From positions 1-29,992 of IMG/VR virus record IMGVR_UViG_3300016667_000580: a stretch of DNA of 29,992 nt, one strand, 5' to 3'. Below, one piece after another: positions 25,799-29,992 of this stretch. The translations under genes and the position numbers were made by a program. This stretch comes from a virus. Lineage: Duplodnaviria; Caudoviricetes. Under the pieces are notes generated by a model. The model was not told the DNA's origin. It made no database searches and saw only the letters and a list, made by a program, of their open reading frames with translations. Position 1 is the stretch's first letter; each line of letters starts with the position of its first letter.

Positions 25799-26628
25799 CC
25801 TTCCCCCACTGGCTTTGTGAGAGAGAGAAGGGAATCGGGGATGGTCACGCGACCGTCTTTAATCCAGCCGTCAATCTTCCTGACAGCATGAAGCACGGTT
25901 GTATGATCCTTGCCGCCGAAGCGTCTGCCGATTTCAGGGAGCGACCTGTCGGGCCTCGCATAGCGAGCAACCCACATGGCGATTTGCCGAACCCTGACGA
26001 TGTTGTTGGTCCGGCGCGGGCCTAGAATCTCGCCAACCGGTACGCCGTATTCCTTCGCCGCCGCCGCGATAATATCTTGGATCGGTGTTTTTGGCGGGAC
26101 CATCGAGGAAAGAACCATGTCCGCAAGCTCACTCTCGTTTGGAATGCGGATCGGCCATGAATAGCAATTCCAGTCCAGACGATGAACCGGACGGCGCTGA
26201 TTCATATAAAACTCAATGCGGAACGGAGAGAAGACTTCATGCGCTTCTTCCCCGACTTCCTCTTGGATTTCCACAGGTGCAATAGCGGCAACCTGTTTAG
26301 TGCGCGGCATCAGGTCTTCCGGCGTTATGTCGGTCTTGCGCGGCTTGCGCTTTAACAGCTTCACATCACCGCGCGGCTTGCGAGGCTCAGGCAACGGAGC
26401 AATCGCATTGACGAAGCTACCAGCCACACGACCGCCCATCGTCTGTGTGGGCCTTACAGGGCTTGTGTAAGAGGCCATCTGATGATGATGGCAATAGCTG
26501 CGGCCTGTCTTTGTCGGGGAGGCGCAGAAACGAAACGGAGGGAGCTTACCGATAGGCCATCGGCATTCGTTGTGCCCGAGGTCGAGAATGCTGTCTTTGG
26601 CGAAGTCGTGGGGAGAGAGAGCATTCAT
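25795..26628 (-). CDS. Fusion of a GcrA C-terminal Cys/His domain and DnaA domain IV (Bac_DnaA_C HTH)
   Basis: N-terminus ILDLGHNECRWPIG...FRFC......SYCHHH...Y; C-terminus EILGPRR...IVRVRQIAMW....SLPEIGRRFGGKDHTTVLHAVRKI. Confidence 0.85.
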   Translation of the reverse strand: MNALSPHDFAKDSILDLGHNECRWPIGKLPPFRFCASPTKTGRSYCHHHQMASYTSPVRPTQTMGGRVAGSFVNAIAPLPEPRKPRGDVKLLKRKPRKTDITPEDLMPRTKQVAAIAPVEIQEEVGEEAHEVFSPFRIEFYMNQRRPVHRLDWNCYSWPIRIPNESELADMVLSSMVPPKTPIQDIIAAAAKEYGVPVGEILGPRRTNNIVRVRQIAMWVARYARPDRSLPEIGRRFGGKDHTTVLHAVRKIDGWIKDGRVTIPDSLLSLTKPVGEG

Positions 26629-27041
26629 GGGTCTTGTCCCAATTCCATAACCGTGATGACCGTCTCGGCTTTCAGGCCGTAAATCTTCTGGACGTAAAGC
26701 TCACAGACTTGCGCATCGTCGCGCCAGACAATCGAGTTGAGCGAGTCCTTGACCAGCTTCGCCAGATTGTCCGCATCGGGCTTCGATGTTTTCCAGTTCG
26801 CCCGCCCCTGCTTCGCGCGAGACCATGACTTCGGCGGCAGATAGATCGCACGGATTTTCACCGCTACAGGGCCTTCAAGCGGCCGACTTCCTGCCATCGC
26901 CCGCTGCGCAAACAGCTTGATCGTGCCCATGTGATTGCGCTGTTTGGTCGGCGTGAAACGCACCTTGCCGTTCCCGCCAGATCGCGCAAACGCGACAGCC
27001 TCACCGGGGATTGTGAAGGCGATCATGGTAAGGCCGGTCAT
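26625..27041 (-). CDS. rusA: RusA-family Holliday junction resolvase
   Basis: FTIPGE, KPDADNLAKLVKDSLN.IVWRDDAQV. Confidence 0.92.
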   Translation of the reverse strand: MTGLTMIAFTIPGEAVAFARSGGNGKVRFTPTKQRNHMGTIKLFAQRAMAGSRPLEGPVAVKIRAIYLPPKSWSRAKQGRANWKTSKPDADNLAKLVKDSLNSIVWRDDAQVCELYVQKIYGLKAETVITVMELGQDP

Positions 27042-27448
27042 CCGCGCCCCCGCCAGAATTTCAGCCGGGACAGCCTAAGCAACCATCCCGGCTTGCCGCT
27101 CTCGTCGCAAGCGGCAGGCACTGATGTAAATGCGACATCAGATGCCAGATGACCCACGGCCTGCACCGTAACACAGAGGCCATCGTTAGCGGTCGGATTG
27201 TCTACCGAACCCGCCCTTCCCGGTTGCCCGGCGAAGCTCAACACAGCACCCACAACACGCTTGTTGATCGACTGGCGAGCGGTGCGCTCCCCCGCCTTCG
27301 TGAGGTACTCAGGGTGCATCAAGAATGCGTCTGCAACAGCACCATCCACCACGCGCCAAAGCTGCTCGTAGGCAAGCCCGCGCTTGGGCGGCGCTGTACG
27401 CTTCCAACGTTTCGTGCGTGCGCGCGTAGCATAGACCATGCCAGTCAC
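27038..27448 (-). CDS. Hypothetical protein
   Basis: 136 aa; 4-bp overlaps on both sides; WRVVDGAVADAF..HPEYLT core. Confidence 0.65.
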   Translation of the reverse strand: MTGMVYATRARTKRWKRTAPPKRGLAYEQLWRVVDGAVADAFLMHPEYLTKAGERTARQSINKRVVGAVLSFAGQPGRAGSVDNPTANDGLCVTVQAVGHLASDVAFTSVPAACDESGKPGWLLRLSRLKFWRGRG

Positions 27449-27693
27449 CGAACGTTGATTTCTTTGCCGATCCTAAACGCCGTGCCGCCATCATCCCCGG
27501 CGATCAACCACGCTATGAATGACAGCGCATCCTCAGCCCAATTCAGAGCGTCCGTTCTCGGAACCCATAGAGGAAGCCCATCACATTCTCCGATGAAGCC
27601 GGGGATGATTCCGAAAATGCGCGCATGGTGAGTGCAGCCGTAGCCAGCCGCCTCTTGCGCAGAGGTCCAGACTGCGAACGATCCGATACGCAT
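27445..27693 (-). CDS. Hypothetical protein
   Basis: Preferred start is ATG 27693 after GAGGAG. Confidence 0.65.
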   Translation of the reverse strand: MRIGSFAVWTSAQEAAGYGCTHHARIFGIIPGFIGECDGLPLWVPRTDALNWAEDALSFIAWLIAGDDGGTAFRIGKEINVR

Positions 27694-27694
27694 G

Positions 27695-27934
27695 TCACTC
27701 CTCACCGATTGCAGACAGATATAGACTCAGAATTTCTTCACGCTCGGCGCGCTTGTCTCGATCTTCACGCCGAATGGCGACCACCTGTTTGACGATTTTC
27801 GCGTCGTATCCATGCGAGCGAACTTCGGCATAAATTTCCTTCTTGTCGTCGTTGCGCTCTTTGATTTCAGCCTCAACGGCTTCGATCCTCTCGACAAAGG
27901 CTTTCAGGTGTTCGCCGTTCGGTGCGTTGCTCAT
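27695..27934 (-). CDS. gapR: GapR-like nucleoid-associated protein (DUF2312)
   Basis: LKAFVERIE..E.E......D.KEIYAE....GYD.KIVKQVVAIRR.....R.E.E.IL.LY..AIG. Confidence 0.92.
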   Translation of the reverse strand: MSNAPNGEHLKAFVERIEAVEAEIKERNDDKKEIYAEVRSHGYDAKIVKQVVAIRREDRDKRAEREEILSLYLSAIGEE

Positions 27935-27941
27935 AGTGGCC

Positions 27942-28313
27942 TCACAGCTTCATGATTTTAGCAGCGATGTAGATTTCGGGGTGGAACAAACCAATCCACG
28001 CAAATGCGTTTAGGAAATTGGCGAATACAGAAATTGCTCCCCCGACAAAACAACACGCTGAGATGATTGCGCCGACGAAAGCCCCTGCGTTTAACTCGTC
28101 ATCTTTCAAAATCCCCAAACACCAATTGCCGATCTTGAACGCGGCATAACAAACGCCAATTGATGCCGCGCCAATGACGATTGTCTGTGCCGCACTCACG
28201 CGCGCAACCGTCATGGCAAGCTCCGTTGCCTGCGGGCCGTACTGCGTTGCGAGGTCGCCGATCTTTTCTCCAAGCTTCTCGCCAGCTTGAATCAGTTTGT
28301 CAGTGTCGATCAT
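27942..28313 (-). CDS. Membrane protein
   Basis: 123 aa with two to three hydrophobic segments. Confidence 0.7.
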   Translation of the reverse strand: MIDTDKLIQAGEKLGEKIGDLATQYGPQATELAMTVARVSAAQTIVIGAASIGVCYAAFKIGNWCLGILKDDELNAGAFVGAIISACCFVGGAISVFANFLNAFAWIGLFHPEIYIAAKIMKL

Positions 28314-28750
28314 TTCACTTCCCCATCATCTTGGCCGCGCAACCGGCGAGCCAGACTGACAAGCGCAGCAACATCCGCGCTATGAAATTCCTCATCTTTG
28401 CCCCGCAATTGGTCCGCCAGCGCGTCATAGACAGCCGCAGCAACGCGCGCTTCATTAAGGGCTTTCTGCCTCTGACGTTCGCGCCAAGCCCCATAGCGTT
28501 CACGTAATTCCTCGAACGCCGCAGCAGACCAGCAACCAGCCTCGCAGTACCAAGCCGCACGGATTCTCCAGTCTCCGTCCGGGTACTTCAAAGCACGGGC
28601 AGCACGACGCATCTGAGCTTTGACGACTTCGCCCGGCACAATCGGCTCTGCGGCCTCCTGCACCATGCGTTGCGCCTCTAATGCAATCGACCGACCCATT
28701 TCCTGATCCTCTACGCGCGAACATTTTGTGTACGACGATCTGTCGCTCAT
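28310..28750 (-). CDS. Putative CII-position transcriptional regulator
   Basis: Preferred start is ATG 28750 with GAGGGG RBS. VKAQMRRAARAL....WRIRAAWY.EA looks HTH-like; follows a tR1-like terminator. Confidence 0.5.
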   Translation of the reverse strand: MSDRSSYTKCSRVEDQEMGRSIALEAQRMVQEAAEPIVPGEVVKAQMRRAARALKYPDGDWRIRAAWYCEAGCWSAAAFEELRERYGAWRERQRQKALNEARVAAAVYDALADQLRGKDEEFHSADVAALVSLARRLRGQDDGEVK

Positions 28751-28877
28751 TCCCGACCCCTCTGCTGACAAACTGAACACCGTCAGAGAGAGGGTTACTC
28801 GTTATGGACAATCCGCATTCATTCACGAGCGTCGGTTGGAACGCGCTGCTCATCATGAAGCGGTTACGCGACCCCCG

Positions 28878-28911
28878 AAAAGGACCGGATGCGCTGTGAA
28901 CGCACCCGGCC
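28878..28911 (-). terminator. Rho-independent terminator in the early operon
   Basis: Minus strand GGCCGGGTGCG-TTCACAG-CGCATCCGGTC-CTTTT. Confidence 0.65.
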
Positions 28912-29049
28912 AGTCATGGGGGTCATCAAACGGAGCACGCGCGCAACACTCTGTCATGCACTGCTCCGAAATACCGACGAGGCACCATGCCAACGCCGGT
29001 TTCGGACGCGCACGAATGCGCGAATAGGTGGAGACGGGTACGCGAGACA

Positions 29050-29352
29050 CTAAACCCGCTCCGTCAAACGCTCGCGATCTACAGGCGCGACGTTGAGGCA
29101 ATCGGTGATGGATTTGGGGAGTTCGAGATAGCGGAAAAGATGAAGCCCATAATAGGCAACCGGCGACTCTTCGAGAGCGACCACAAACCCGCTTTTGGTT
29201 GATGGATGCTCCACAACTTCGACCACGGTATATGCCTTGCCCACCTTAATCCAATGGGGGCGGATCGACATATTTCCCCGATGCACAAGGGAGCCGCTTG
29301 ATATGCACACGACCTTCGTCCCCGGCTTCGTAAACGGAGAAATCATGTTCAA
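29050..29352 (-). CDS. Hypothetical protein
   Basis: 100 aa; PGTKVVCI....IKVGKAYTV.....FRYL is a common small phage motif. Confidence 0.65.
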   Translation of the reverse strand: MNMISPFTKPGTKVVCISSGSLVHRGNMSIRPHWIKVGKAYTVVEVVEHPSTKSGFVVALEESPVAYYGLHLFRYLELPKSITDCLNVAPVDRERLTERV

Positions 29353-29567
29353 GACCCCGATTTAGAGAACGAGAGAGACGGCAGCGTGACGGGCCTCGCA
29401 TGACGGTGAGAAAGACCACCAGCGCGGGCAGCTTTTGTAATGTTGTAATTTAAAGCGGCCGGAAAGTGCTTCTTTCGTTTCTGTCGCAAGGTCTGATCGC
29501 ACGACACGCAGAGGATGCCTTTCCTCAGCGTCCGTTCTTCTCCGCAGCGAGCGCAGGGGCCGATCAT
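29349..29567 (-). CDS. Small zinc-finger protein
   Basis: Preferred start is ATG 29567; CARC...CVSC; ATGA overlap. Confidence 0.55.
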   Translation of the reverse strand: MIGPCARCGEERTLRKGILCVSCDQTLRQKRKKHFPAALNYNITKAARAGGLSHRHARPVTLPSLSFSKSGS

Positions 29568-29731
29568 TTGCGGCTCCACTCGACAGAGAGGCAAACGCAC
29601 AGTGTCAGGAACACCAAGATTCCGATGAAGCCGGAAACCAGCATTCCAGACGGCACGTTGTTCCAACGGTCCCACCAGTGATCGGCGGCAACCAGAACGG
29701 CAGCGATGAGCGCGAGGTTTGATCCCTTCAT
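29564..29731 (-). CDS. Small membrane protein
   Basis: MKGSNLALIAAVLVAA...LVSGFIGILVFLTLCVCLSVEWSRK; ATGA overlaps. Confidence 0.55.
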   Translation of the reverse strand: MKGSNLALIAAVLVAADHWWDRWNNVPSGMLVSGFIGILVFLTLCVCLSVEWSRK

Positions 29732-29817
29732 TTCCGCCACCAAAACCCGCGCATCTTCGCCCACAAGCCAAGCGCGATTATGAGAATGATCAGGAGAGGG
29801 CCGAGGATGTCGGTCAC
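29728..29817 (-). CDS. 29-aa single-TM peptide (not in ORF track)
   Basis: MTDILGPLLIILIIALGLWAKMRGFWWRK; GTGA and ATGA overlaps; upstream GAGG. Confidence 0.5.
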   Translation of the reverse strand: MTDILGPLLIILIIALGLWAKMRGFWWRK

Positions 29818-29969
29818 TGCACAGCCTCAATCGTGAACGCAGAAGCAAGCCAGCGATTGCCACGCGACACGCAAACCGCGCCAGCCTCGAACGCTTCAAT
29901 CCAACATGCGAGGATCGTCGAATGCGCCTTGCTGATTTGCTTGCCGTGCTTGAACAGCGCGTAGCTCAT
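29814..29969 (-). CDS. 51-aa hypothetical protein (not in ORF track)
   Basis: MSYALFKHGKQISKAHSTILACWIEAFEAGAV...; GAGAGGG RBS and ATGA start. Confidence 0.55.
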   Translation of the reverse strand: MSYALFKHGKQISKAHSTILACWIEAFEAGAVCVSRGNRWLASAFTIEAVQ

Positions 29970-29992
29970 GCTGCCCTCTCGGATTTGCGGGG

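Noticed and set aside
28853-29101. 82-aa minus-strand ORF upstream of the CII-like gene
   Set aside because: Runs through a terminator hairpin and overlaps the upstream gene; no motif support.
1-29992. CRISPR array or diversity-generating retroelement (considered because the virion is BPP-1-like)
   Set aside because: No regularly spaced repeat-spacer array, no reverse transcriptase, and no TR/VR pair seen in this window.

Overview
About 30 kb of a temperate-type alphaproteobacterial (Rhizobiales/Caulobacterales-like) phage or prophage, almost entirely on the minus strand. In transcription order (right to left) it holds: small early genes, a CII-like regulator, GapR (DUF2312), RusA, a GcrA-domain/DnaA-domain-IV fusion protein, an internally deleted DNA methyltransferase, lambdoid O/P-like replication genes with iterons, and a nin-like array of small genes joined by short repeats. 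These are followed by a putative late regulator and late promoter, a late leader interrupted by a defective IS1595 element and an autoregulated two-gene moron, and a P22 gp3-like TerS separated from TerL by five genes. The rest is a T7/BPP-1-like podovirus virion block: portal, scaffold, capsid, tail tubular A and B, and ejection proteins including a lytic transglycosylase. The last ejection gene runs off the left edge. No integrase, repressor or lysis cassette was recognised in the window. All assignments come from motif recognition by eye; no searches were run.
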